Below, piece after piece: positions 27,631 to 35,787 of a stretch of 64,000 bases of DNA. The DNA comes from an uncultured Gammaproteobacteria bacterium (lineage in GTDB: Bacteria; Patescibacteriota; Patescibacteriia; Magasanikbacterales; GWA2-37-8): contig CAZQUL010000001.1 of the NCBI GenBank assembly GCA_964596525.1, positions 678,509 through 742,508 of the forward strand, written 5' to 3'. Position 1 is the first letter of the stretch. Each line of letters begins with the position of its first letter. The translations under genes were made by a program, and so were the position numbers. Below the pieces are notes generated by a model. It was not told the origin of the DNA and did not search any database. It was given only the letters and a program-made list of their open reading frames with translations.

Positions 27631-29097
27631 ATGAACCACGGTAACGTGATTCTCAGTTTCGACAAAGTTTCCTTCTATTACCACGAAGATCGCTACCTGC
27701 TTGAGGAAGCGAGTTTTTCGGTGCGCGAAAACGCCAAAATCACGATCATGGGGCAAAACGGCGCCGGTAAGTCCACGATTTTTAAAATGATCACCGGCGA
27801 ACTTAAACCCGAAAAAGGCCAGGTAAATATCCGCCCCGGTGCATCGATCGCCATTGCGACGCAGGTGATGAGCCGTGAGAATCTCGAAAAGACGGTTGAG
27901 GAATTTTTTGCCGCCGCCTTTGACAAGAAACTTTACGATCTCCCCAAGCGCATCAAGGACATTCTGGAAGTCGTGCATCTTTCCGCTCCGCTCGATAAAA
28001 AAATCCGCCAGTTTTCCGGCGGACAGCAGGCGCGCCTTCTTCTTGCTTATGCGCTTATCCAAGAACCGGACATTCTGCTTCTTGATGAACCGACCAACAA
28101 TCTCGATGCCGAAGGTATAGCGCATCTAACGCAGTTCCTTATCGATTATCCCAAAACCTGTCTTGTCATTTCGCACGACGCCACGTTCTTGAACGCGTTC
28201 ACGCACGGCGTTTTGTATCTCGACTCATTTACGCACAAAGTTGAGCAGTACGTGGGTGACTATTACGACGTGCTTGGCAAAATCGAAGAGCAGATAGAGC
28301 GCGAACGCATGAAAAACGCACAGCTCAGAAAAAGCATTTTGGATCGTAAAGAGAAAATCAACTTCTTTGCCAATAAAGGTGGTAAGATGCGCAAGCTCGC
28401 GAGCAAACTACGCGACCAAGTGGCCGAAGCCGAAGATGAGATGGTCGATGAGCGCCAAGAAGACCGGACGATCAACGAATTTATCATTCCCGCACAGGAA
28501 GGCCTTGTCGGGCCGGTCGTGGAAATTAATTCCGTCGGCATCATGATCGATCATGAACCGGTACGCAAAGCAGTGTCGCCGGCGGTAAGTGTACGCAAGA
28601 AAGACAAGCTCCTCATTCACGGCCCGAACGGCATTGGCAAATCGACGCTTCTGGCGGCACTTGCCGAGAAACGGGAAGAGGGTGCGGCTATCGCGCCGGA
28701 TGTTGTTATCGGCTACTATCGCCAAGATTTTTCCGGACTCGACTTTAATAAAACCGGTTACGAAGCGCTCGCCGAAATGATGCATCAGCCGTGGAACCAG
28801 GAAATTTACGCGACTGCCGCGCAGTTTCTACTCACGCCGGCGATTCTTAAAAATACCGTCGGGTCGTATTCTGAAGGACAGAAGGGTTTGCTCTGCTATG
28901 CGCGCTTCGTCTTGCAGAAGCCGGGACTTCTTATCATGGATGAGCCGACCAACCATATCAACTTCCGCCATTTGCCGATCATCGCCAAAGCGCTTGCCGA
29001 ATTTGAAGGCGCGCTCATCGTGGTGAGCCATGCCTACGAGTTCGTCGCTGAGCTCGGTATTACGGATACGCTTGATTTGAGTAGTTTAAAAAACTAA
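27631..29097 (+). CDS. ABC-F family ATPase (two tandem ABC domains, no TM domain).
   Basis: Walker A motifs IMGQNGAGKST and IHGPNGIGKST. ABC signatures FSGGQQARLLLA and YSEGQKGLLCYA. Walker B/D-loops ILLLDEPTNNLD and LLIMDEPTNHI. No TM helices. Confidence 0.85.
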   Translation: MNHGNVILSFDKVSFYYHEDRYLLEEASFSVRENAKITIMGQNGAGKSTIFKMITGELKPEKGQVNIRPGASIAIATQVMSRENLEKTVEEFFAAAFDKKLYDLPKRIKDILEVVHLSAPLDKKIRQFSGGQQARLLLAYALIQEPDILLLDEPTNNLDAEGIAHLTQFLIDYPKTCLVISHDATFLNAFTHGVLYLDSFTHKVEQYVGDYYDVLGKIEEQIERERMKNAQLRKSILDRKEKINFFANKGGKMRKLASKLRDQVAEAEDEMVDERQEDRTINEFIIPAQEGLVGPVVEINSVGIMIDHEPVRKAVSPAVSVRKKDKLLIHGPNGIGKSTLLAALAEKREEGAAIAPDVVIGYYRQDFSGLDFNKTGYEALAEMMHQPWNQEIYATAAQFLLTPAILKNTVGSYSEGQKGLLCYARFVLQKPGLLIMDEPTNHINFRHLPIIAKALAEFEGALIVVSHAYEFVAELGITDTLDLSSLKN

Positions 29098-29120
29098 TTT
29101 ATTAGTGCGTTTATTGACCT

Positions 29121-29225
29121 GTCAGTGCGAGGAACGAAGAATGAGCGATGAAGCAATCCCTCTGATAACAGAGCGAGCTCTGAAATACGAAGGGATTGCT
29201 TCGTCGCTACGCTCCTCGCACTGAC
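29121..29225 (+). promoter_or_regulatory. Long imperfect hairpin of about 105 nt in the leader of the nucleoside hydrolase gene. It contains a 27-codon mini-ORF (29141..29224) with a GAGGAA SD.
   Basis: Outer 13-bp stem GTCAGTGCGAGGA (29121-33) / TCCTCGCACTGAC (29213-25). Inner 15-bp stem CGATGAAGCAATCCC (29146-60) / GGGATTGCTTCGTCG (29192-206) with one G·U pair. The central loop holds the palindrome CAGAGCGAGCTCTG. Confidence 0.5.
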
Positions 29226-29244
29226 GGAAAAACAAGGAGGCCCC

Positions 29245-30099
29245 ATGTCCCGACCGATCCCGATCATTCTCGACACGGATATCGCCGGTGATCCGGATGA
29301 TGTGTTCTGTCTTAACTTTCTCTTAAAATCACCGGAGGCGAATGTCGCGCTTATCATCACTGCTGACGAGCATGATGGTCATCGCGCGCGGTTTGTTCGG
29401 CATTTCCTCGAACGTTTTGGGCGTGCTGATATTCCGGTGGTGCAGGGGGTTGATCTTGGCAACAGCAGGTACTGCTTGGCCTGTGATGAAGCGCCGTTAA
29501 AAGAAACCGTTCCAACCGATACAGCTGCCGCAGTCGCAGAAGTGCTTGGTAAGCATCCAGACGCGCAGTATCTGTGCGTCGCGCCCCAGAGCAATCTAGC
29601 CGGCGTCATTCGTCATGCTCCGGGCCTTTTGCACGATTACAACGTGCCAATCACGCTCATGGGCGGTGGACTTAAGGATTATCGCGATCCTCGTAAGGCC
29701 GAACATAATATCCGGTACGATGTTGATGCAGCGCGTGCGGTGCTTGGAAGCGGTCTTCGACTTCGCTACGTGCTCGGGGATACGACGTTCAATCCGGCCA
29801 TCAAGATCGATGCGCGGCATGAGATTTTCAAGATCCTTGCCACATCACCCAAACCACTCCACAAGATCATCGTGGAGCAGTGCCGTCGGTTTTTTGAGTC
29901 CAGCTACAACTCAACCATGATGCATGATCCCTTGACAGCGGCAGCGGTCATAACGCCTGAACTCGTTACCTTCCGTGAGGCGTGCGTCATTATGGATGAG
30001 CATGGGTGTATGCACGAAGCGCCAGAGGGAAGCAAAGTAGAAGTTAGCGCTACCGCAGATTACACCCGATTCCTTATGCTTTTTGCTGAACGGCTCTAG
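29245..30099 (+). CDS. Inosine-uridine-preferring nucleoside hydrolase family protein.
   Basis: N-terminal Asp cluster ILDTDIAGDPDD, the IUNH DxDxxxDD fingerprint. 284 aa. AAGGAGG SD. Confidence 0.8.
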   Translation: MSRPIPIILDTDIAGDPDDVFCLNFLLKSPEANVALIITADEHDGHRARFVRHFLERFGRADIPVVQGVDLGNSRYCLACDEAPLKETVPTDTAAAVAEVLGKHPDAQYLCVAPQSNLAGVIRHAPGLLHDYNVPITLMGGGLKDYRDPRKAEHNIRYDVDAARAVLGSGLRLRYVLGDTTFNPAIKIDARHEIFKILATSPKPLHKIIVEQCRRFFESSYNSTMMHDPLTAAAVITPELVTFREACVIMDEHGCMHEAPEGSKVEVSATADYTRFLMLFAERL

Positions 30100-30115
30100 C
30101 CTACCTGCAAATATA

Positions 30116-30141
30116 AAGCGCCCAAAGGCGCTTTTTGATTT
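30116..30141 (+). terminator. Rho-independent terminator after the nucleoside hydrolase gene.
   Basis: AAAGCGCC-CAAA-GGCGCTTT followed by TTGATTTT. Confidence 0.7.
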
Positions 30142-30251
30142 TAATAATTTAAGTGAGATTGAATTTTATTTTTTTACAGGGTATCCTACGCTGGTTATCG
30201 GCTGTTATGCACTGCCCAGGGTCGGTAACATCACATAGCTCAGGAGACGTC

Positions 30252-30686
30252 ATGGTACAGAAGTCGTTCGCTCAGAAGAGTCTTATCGCCGCGTCTTTTT
30301 TCTTTGGCCTGGGGGCGGTGGAAAGTTGCGGTGCCCCGCCAGAGAGGGTTTGCGCTCCGTGTGAGCAGCATCACAGTATTACCGACCCCGAAGGGATGGT
30401 TAACATTCTCGGCGCACTCTATGACAGTACGGGATCGCGAGGTTTTACCGTCCTGTGCGATGCCAAACGCGGTGAGGCTGGCACTCCCGTTGAGGTCGTT
30501 TTTGAAAGCCGGCCGACCGTGCAAAAACCCCTTAAGATCGACTGGCGCATCAAGGGTGCTATGCTTGCGAACCAGAGCCAGGTTTACGAGGTGTTTGAGG
30601 TTACACGCACCTACTCAAGCGGCGCACCGACCATAAAGATTACTTCGTTTATACTCCATCCGCAGGCGATGAGCTGCTTCTTTTAG
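30252..30686 (+). CDS. Hypothetical secreted protein or lipoprotein.
   Basis: AGGAGA SD with the ATG at 30252. A signal-like LIAASFFFGLGAVESCG. No motif recognised. Confidence 0.4.
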   Translation: MVQKSFAQKSLIAASFFFGLGAVESCGAPPERVCAPCEQHHSITDPEGMVNILGALYDSTGSRGFTVLCDAKRGEAGTPVEVVFESRPTVQKPLKIDWRIKGAMLANQSQVYEVFEVTRTYSSGAPTIKITSFILHPQAMSCFF

Positions 30687-31027
30687 CTCTGCGGCTTGAT
30701 GTTTTGTTTCGGGGTTTTAGAGTGCTCCGAAACGATGTGTGCAGGTCTGGCCATCAGCTTCTGACGTGATGGCTTTTTAGTTTGGTTGAGAACGAGGTGC
30801 TCTTTTTCTTTTCTCGTCAGGCATTTGATTTCCGCTTCGCGTCTTTTAGCGCTCGAAGCAGTCGGGTGCTTTTCGCTGTAAACGACGGTAACTGGCCGCC
30901 GCGAACGTGTATATTTTGCTCCGGACGATAGCGAGTTATGCGCATGCAGGCGGTGGGCCAGGTCGGTGGTAGAGCCGGTGTACAATGTGCCATCAGCGCA
31001 TCTGAGGATGTAGACTGTCCAAGTCAT
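30683..31027 (-). CDS. GIY-YIG nuclease superfamily protein (UPF0213/YhbQ-like).
   Basis: VYILRCADGTLYTGSTTDLAHRLHAHN matches the GIY-YIG core. Its start codon overlaps the NUDIX stop (ATGA). Confidence 0.7.
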   Translation of the reverse strand: MTWTVYILRCADGTLYTGSTTDLAHRLHAHNSLSSGAKYTRSRRPVTVVYSEKHPTASSAKRREAEIKCLTRKEKEHLVLNQTKKPSRQKLMARPAHIVSEHSKTPKQNIKPQS

Positions 31028-31458
31028 ACCGAGTTTTGCGGGGTGGAAGAAAGGGATTTTCTCACCTCTTCGGCGATGATATAGATGTTGGGTGCGCACG
31101 CAGGCGGCGGAGGAAGGTTGTCAAGCGAAAACCAGCGCCAGGCGGAAATATCGCTTGTCGGCGTTATGTCGGCATCACTATCACCAATTTCCGCGAGATA
31201 GTGGACAAGGATGATGTGTCGATCTTTGGCTGTGGTAACTAATGGTTCGAGCGGGCGGATGATACGGGCGGTTATTCCAAGTTCTTCTTTTAGTTCGCGT
31301 AGGCAGGCGCTGCGTAAATCTTTATCCGTACTTTCTACCACTCCGCCCGGGAACATCCAGGGGTAAATAGTGCCATTTTTGCTTTGTTCTACCAAAAGAA
31401 GGTGGTTATTCCGGACAATAACAGGTCCGGCGACGACCAAGGCTTGTTCGAGCTTCAT
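31024..31458 (-). CDS. NUDIX hydrolase.
   Basis: Nudix box GGVVESTDKDLRSACLRELKEELGI (Gx5Ex7REUxEExGU). Confidence 0.8.
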   Translation of the reverse strand: MKLEQALVVAGPVIVRNNHLLLVEQSKNGTIYPWMFPGGVVESTDKDLRSACLRELKEELGITARIIRPLEPLVTTAKDRHIILVHYLAEIGDSDADITPTSDISAWRWFSLDNLPPPPACAPNIYIIAEEVRKSLSSTPQNSV

Positions 31459-31482
31459 AGGTAAAGTTATCAGAGCTTTAGC

Positions 31483-31511
31483 TTGACACCAGATGCGTCT
31501 TCGGGTATGAT
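31483..31511 (+). promoter_or_regulatory. σ70 promoter (TTGACA-17-TATGAT) of the RRM gene, giving a 5' UTR of about 120 nt.
   Basis: TTGACA at 31483-31488 and TATGAT at 31506-31511. The ATG is at 31638. Confidence 0.6.
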
Positions 31512-31637
31512 GGGTGTATTAATCAGTCACATCCGTAAAATACTCATAGTTATTGTAGCATACCCTTACCGAGTGCACGCTTAGGTATACGGTGCTACCC
31601 TTATGAACGTATCTTAGGGAGTGCATTAAGTATAGGT

Positions 31638-31973
31638 ATGAACAATAAATTATTTGTAGGTTCGTTGTCGTTTGATACGACTGAAGAAAGCTTGGCCCAG
31701 GCCTTTTCTGTGGCTGGCACCGTTAAATCCGCCAAAGTCATGACCGATAAATTCACCGGTCGTCCGCGCGGTTTCGGTTTCGTAGAAATGGGCAGCGACG
31801 AAGAAGCCCAGAAAGCCATTGAAATGTTGAATGGTCAGGCGATTGATGGCCGCCCAGTTGCGGTTAGCATCGCTCGTCCGCTCGAAGATCGTCCGCCTCG
31901 CCGCGCCGGTAACGGTGGTGGTTTCGGTGGTGGTCGTGGTGGTTTTGGCGGCGGTTCCCGCGGTCAGTTCTAA
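31638..31973 (+). CDS. RRM-type RNA-binding protein with a Gly-rich C-terminal tail.
   Basis: RNP-2 KLFVGSL and RNP-1 RGFGFVEM, with a C-terminal GGGFGGGRGGFGGGSRG. Confidence 0.85.
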   Translation: MNNKLFVGSLSFDTTEESLAQAFSVAGTVKSAKVMTDKFTGRPRGFGFVEMGSDEEAQKAIEMLNGQAIDGRPVAVSIARPLEDRPPRRAGNGGGFGGGRGGFGGGSRGQF

Positions 31974-31993
31974 TCTCCAACATCAAAAACAAA

Positions 31994-32024
31994 AAACAGG
32001 GTCCGTGCAGCCCTGTTTTTTGTT
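31994..32024 (+). terminator. Rho-independent terminator after the RRM gene.
   Basis: AACAGGG-TCCGTGCAG-CCCTGTT followed by TTTTTTG. Confidence 0.65.
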
Positions 32025-32175
32025 GTAAGTAAAAGTAATCGCCGGGTTATCCACCACATGAGTGGGCGCTCGAGTAGGGGAGGTATACAGTACCTTCATG
32101 CCTACCCACAGGAATCCCTTTCCCGGGTACGCGGATCGCCTGTCGGGCAGTCTATTACTTTTAACGACTACCTAT

Positions 32176-32370
32176 ATGGCTCGCGAAAATTCTTCATCCA
32201 ACCGCGGGTTCGCGGCGATGGATGAAAATCGGCAGCGTGAAATAGCCAGTCGCGGTGGCAGTGCTAGCGGTGGTAATTTCGCCAACGATCCAGCACGTGC
32301 CGCCGAAGCTGGACGCCGAGGCGGTCAGGCTTCGCATGGCGGACGTGGACGGTCAGAAAACAACGAATAA
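32176..32370 (+). CDS. KGG-repeat general stress protein (YciG/GsiB-like).
   Basis: SRGGSASGGNFANDPARAAEAGRRGGQASHGG closely parallels the YciG repeat GGNFxNDPxRAxEAGxKGGQxS. ATG at 32176. Confidence 0.7.
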   Translation: MARENSSSNRGFAAMDENRQREIASRGGSASGGNFANDPARAAEAGRRGGQASHGGRGRSENNE

Positions 32371-32378
32371 GACATATC

Positions 32379-32443
32379 AAAGACGGCATTACCGATGCCG
32401 TCTTTGACGATGTAAAAAACCCTCTTTACTAAGAGAGGGCTTT
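32379..32443. terminator. Pair of hairpins forming a bidirectional terminator region between the KGG gene (+) and the 32463 gene (-).
   Basis: AAAGACGGCAT-TACCG-ATGCCGTCTTT and AAAAACCCTCTT-TACTAAG-AGAGGGCTTT, with A/T runs on both sides. Confidence 0.6.
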
Positions 32444-32462
32444 GACTACAGAGCTTTTGGGC

Positions 32463-32774
32463 TTACAGGGATCGTCGCGCTACGGCGTGGCGCCGGCGCA
32501 CCGAAACGGCGACCGCGGCGAGAAAGAACAGGCCGGGTGCCGCCCAGGACACGGAGTTGGGTGGGTGTTTTACCATCGCACAACTCCCTTGCAGCTTGTC
32601 GGTAATGTCATCCCCTGGTCCGCGGATGCAATTTTTAGGCGACGGCCTGGTCGCATCTTGACTCTCCGGGAAAGGGGAGTTGGGTTGCTCGGGTTTATAG
32701 TTGGTCGTAGCGTTGCTACAGCCAAAAAAAAGGGATAGGACCACGATACTGGCAGCACTTCTCGCGATAGGCAT
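32463..32774 (-). CDS. Hypothetical small lipoprotein.
   Basis: MPIARSAASIVVLSLFFGCS (lipobox FFGC) and a C-terminal hydrophobic segment. Confidence 0.4.
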   Translation of the reverse strand: MPIARSAASIVVLSLFFGCSNATTNYKPEQPNSPFPESQDATRPSPKNCIRGPGDDITDKLQGSCAMVKHPPNSVSWAAPGLFFLAAVAVSVRRRHAVARRSL

Positions 32775-32997
32775 GAATCACTCCTGTGGTTGATGACGTG
32801 GTAAGACTATAGATAACCACATGTCTCGTCAAGCTCTTAACGTGTTTAGGAGGAAGGTATTTTTTAATCCACCTTGTGCAGGTGATATGGGGGTGTTGCG
32901 CGCTTGTAGCGAAACGGTCCAAGCTAAGATATACACGAACCTGCTTGCTCACTTTCGAGAGTGTTGAGCATGCTTTGATTTTATGAATCTCTGTCAA

Positions 32998-34770
32998 TTA
33001 GATTAGATTTTTTACCATGTAGGTGTTTTCTAGTTCGTATCCCCATTTACGGTAGTAATCTCGTACGCCAACGCCCGAGATAACCGCTAACTTGTCGACA
33101 TTTTTTGATTGAGCGATACCCTCGGCTTTGGCGACGAGCTGTTTGCCTAGACCGCGATGTTGGATATGTTCGGCGTTGCGTTCGCCCAACTCGAGGAGTT
33201 GGCCGTACGTGTGAAGTTCGCGGATGAAAGCGCGGTAGAAGACTTTTTTGGCCGGGTGAAGAGGATTTTCATCGAGGACGCGCAAGCGGCAAAACGCGAA
33301 AACCGCTTGACGATCTTTGTCTTCAAAACTCAAAAAGTACTCTGTTCCGCCCTGCGTAGCGTATTCGTCGATAAATAGTACCGGTGTAGGATCGGCGATG
33401 CTGTGCGGGTCGACATGGCCCACTTCGCGGCAGCGCAAACACTGACAGCGAATGCCGTCCCGTTTCATTTCATCTTCAATGACTTGGCGGAGATTGGTGA
33501 CTTTATTGCCTTCTTCGATGTACTGACCAGGAATGTCGCGAATGAGGCGAGAAACGCGGGTGTAGCGGGGGAGATGGCGCTGAGCTTCTTTTAGTACACG
33601 GATAAGTTCCACCGTCGGGTAGGCGCGGTAGTTTCCGGCTTGAAACCAGTCGTAGAGCTCGGAATTTTTGACGACCGAGCAGGGGTAGATCTTGATCATG
33701 TCGGGGCGGAAACCCGGGTCGTCGAAAACGGTTTTGATCATGGCTAAATCCTTATCGGGTGGTGAACCGGGGAGTTGCGGCATGAGGTGGAGGTCTGCTT
33801 TGAACCCGTAATTGCGCAAAAGTTCGAGAGCATCTTTGGCTTCTTGGTTCGTATGGCCGCGTTTGATGAGAGTAAGCACGTCATCATCGGTATGCTGGAG
33901 GCCGATCTCGAGGCGTGTGGCGCCTAGTTCGCGCATGATCCAGATGGTATGGTCATTGATGCAGTCGGGGCGCGTTTCGAGCGTGAGACCGATGATACGA
34001 TGGGCGGCAGTTTCGTTGATGGTCTGTTCATAGAGGAGTGCGGCGCGTAACTCGGGAAGTGGGGAGTGTTCGGTAAGGATTGCTTTCCTATCATTGCGAG
34101 GAGGTACGACAAAGTAATCCCCCCGTGGTTCAGAGCTTTTTCTACTGCTAATGGGGTTGCTTCGTCGCTCCTGCGTCGCTTCTCGCAATGACACGTTTAG
34201 CTCGTTGCACGCTTGGAATGAACGCAAGATGAACCAATATTGATACTGAAGCGGATACGAATTCCATGTTCCGCCTTTGACGATGAATTCGATTTTATCT
34301 GTGGGGTGGCCGTTATTCTCGAGCGCTTCGAGGCGTCTGGCCATTTGTTCGTACGGGTCAAATTCAAGCGTGAGGGCGCGCATGGCGGCCGGTTCTTCGG
34401 AAAGATAACTTTTGGGCATACGCTCGTCGAGGGGGCAGTAAACGCATTTGCCGGGGCAAGGGTAGGGCTTGATGAGCGATGTGACGATTGCGACGCCGGA
34501 GAGGCTGCGCACCGCGCGGCGGGTGAGAATGCGTTCCAAATACTCGTTCGGTTTGATGTGCGCATTTTTAACCATGGTACGGTACGTTTTGAGGAGTTCC
34601 GTTTTGCTCGGAAAGGCTTCTTTGGATGACAGCTCAGCTACGGCAAGTCGTTTGAGATTATTAAAAGCCGCCTCGCTCTTAGGAGGATTTTCGAGGGCTT
34701 TCTGGATGATGGTTTGGGCGAGGTCCATACGGATAGGCTTTACCTTAGCAAAAACCCTTTGCTTGCGCAA
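32998..34770 (-). CDS. ELP3-family radical-SAM/GNAT protein (tRNA wobble-uridine modification, archaeal/eukaryotic Elp3 homologue).
   Basis: Radical SAM cluster region PCPGKCVYCP following the conserved RSLSGVAIVTSLIKP. A C-terminal GNAT acetyl-CoA motif RGLGKQLV. 590 aa. Confidence 0.8.
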   Translation of the reverse strand: MRKQRVFAKVKPIRMDLAQTIIQKALENPPKSEAAFNNLKRLAVAELSSKEAFPSKTELLKTYRTMVKNAHIKPNEYLERILTRRAVRSLSGVAIVTSLIKPYPCPGKCVYCPLDERMPKSYLSEEPAAMRALTLEFDPYEQMARRLEALENNGHPTDKIEFIVKGGTWNSYPLQYQYWFILRSFQACNELNVSLREATQERRSNPISSRKSSEPRGDYFVVPPRNDRKAILTEHSPLPELRAALLYEQTINETAAHRIIGLTLETRPDCINDHTIWIMRELGATRLEIGLQHTDDDVLTLIKRGHTNQEAKDALELLRNYGFKADLHLMPQLPGSPPDKDLAMIKTVFDDPGFRPDMIKIYPCSVVKNSELYDWFQAGNYRAYPTVELIRVLKEAQRHLPRYTRVSRLIRDIPGQYIEEGNKVTNLRQVIEDEMKRDGIRCQCLRCREVGHVDPHSIADPTPVLFIDEYATQGGTEYFLSFEDKDRQAVFAFCRLRVLDENPLHPAKKVFYRAFIRELHTYGQLLELGERNAEHIQHRGLGKQLVAKAEGIAQSKNVDKLAVISGVGVRDYYRKWGYELENTYMVKNLI

Positions 34771-34784
34771 AGGGCGTGTGGTCT

Positions 34785-35189
34785 TTAGCAGTTGCCGTCG
34801 AGTGGCGGGAAGCCGGGGTTGGAAATGGAGACCGTACCGGTAACTGCGCCTTCGGCCGTGAAAAAGATGGTCGTGCGCATATAGCAGAGACCATCGGAGT
34901 CTCGTTTATAGATCTGCTGCTCATAAGTGGCTGGCGGACGCGTCGCAAGCGGTATGGTCATAGTCGGCGTCTTGAGAGAAAAACGGCATGCATCATCAGT
35001 CGTTACGAATGGGGCCGGCTCGTGGGCGATTGTGCCGATTTCATGGCCGTCCTGAGTTACTTTGCCGCCGACGTAGATGCTGCTGCACAGCTTCTTGCTG
35101 CTCGTAATTGTTTCGGTGCGAACCGGGTGGCCGCACCCAAAAAACATGAAAAACGTCGTGCAAATTCCGGTGTAAAGGTGTTTGGACAT
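34785..35189 (-). CDS. Hypothetical small lipoprotein, paralogue 1.
   Basis: Lipobox FFGCG, 134 aa. The C-terminus is ...PPLDGNC. Confidence 0.45.
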   Translation of the reverse strand: MSKHLYTGICTTFFMFFGCGHPVRTETITSSKKLCSSIYVGGKVTQDGHEIGTIAHEPAPFVTTDDACRFSLKTPTMTIPLATRPPATYEQQIYKRDSDGLCYMRTTIFFTAEGAVTGTVSISNPGFPPLDGNC

Positions 35190-35273
35190 TTTGCCTCCAG
35201 CCGTTTGATAATCGGCATGCGCATGGTAAGTACTGCCGCTCCTATTGTCAATAGTTAATCCTGATAATTAAAG

Positions 35274-35295
35274 CACCCTCTACGTGTAGAGGGTG
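35274..35295 (-). terminator. GC-rich stem-loop terminator after the 35314 gene.
   Basis: CACCCTCTAC/GTAGAGGGTG, a perfect 9-10 bp stem with a tetraloop. Confidence 0.5.
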
Positions 35296-35313
35296 GGTCG
35301 TTGAGGAGTGTGT

Positions 35314-35745
35314 CTAGCATCCGCCCGAGAGAGGTGTGAGTTTTTCTTCGAAGACGGAGATTTTTCCGTCAACATCTCCTTCGACTCGGATGGTTACCGT
35401 ATCTTTGTACCGGCACTGCCCATCGGGACCTTTTACGAGCTGCCACGTAAGTTCGGCCGGAACAAGAGCAGTAACGAGGAGTGTGCCTTCACCATCTTTT
35501 TTCTCGATCGCGATGCGGCACTTACCGGTTAAGTCGAGGGTAGGTGCGGGCGCGAAGCTGATGGTGCCGAGATATGTGGTGCCCTGATGCACGGTGAGGC
35601 CACTTTTTGCTTCGTGGCAAATCTCTTGAGCTTCAGTGAGCTGTTTGCGGTGAATCTCTTTTTCGCCTTCGCCGCAACTCAAGATTCCTAGGATAAGCAG
35701 GGTTAAAGCACGTCTCTTCATGATCTCTCCTTGCCTGTGAGGCAT
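35314..35745 (-). CDS. Hypothetical small lipoprotein, paralogue 2.
   Basis: MKRRALTLLILGILSCG lipobox, 143 aa. The C-terminus is ...TPLSGGC, parallel to 34785..35189. Confidence 0.45.
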   Translation of the reverse strand: MPHRQGEIMKRRALTLLILGILSCGEGEKEIHRKQLTEAQEICHEAKSGLTVHQGTTYLGTISFAPAPTLDLTGKCRIAIEKKDGEGTLLVTALVPAELTWQLVKGPDGQCRYKDTVTIRVEGDVDGKISVFEEKLTPLSGGC

Positions 35746-35787
35746 ATGGCATAGTATGATTTTCTTGTTTAGCTGTCAACGTAGTGT

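Noticed and set aside
29094-29360. 88-aa minus-strand ORF spanning the intergenic hairpin and the start of the nucleoside hydrolase gene.
   Set aside because: It exists largely because the palindrome reads open on both strands, and it overlaps the SD and start of a well-supported gene.
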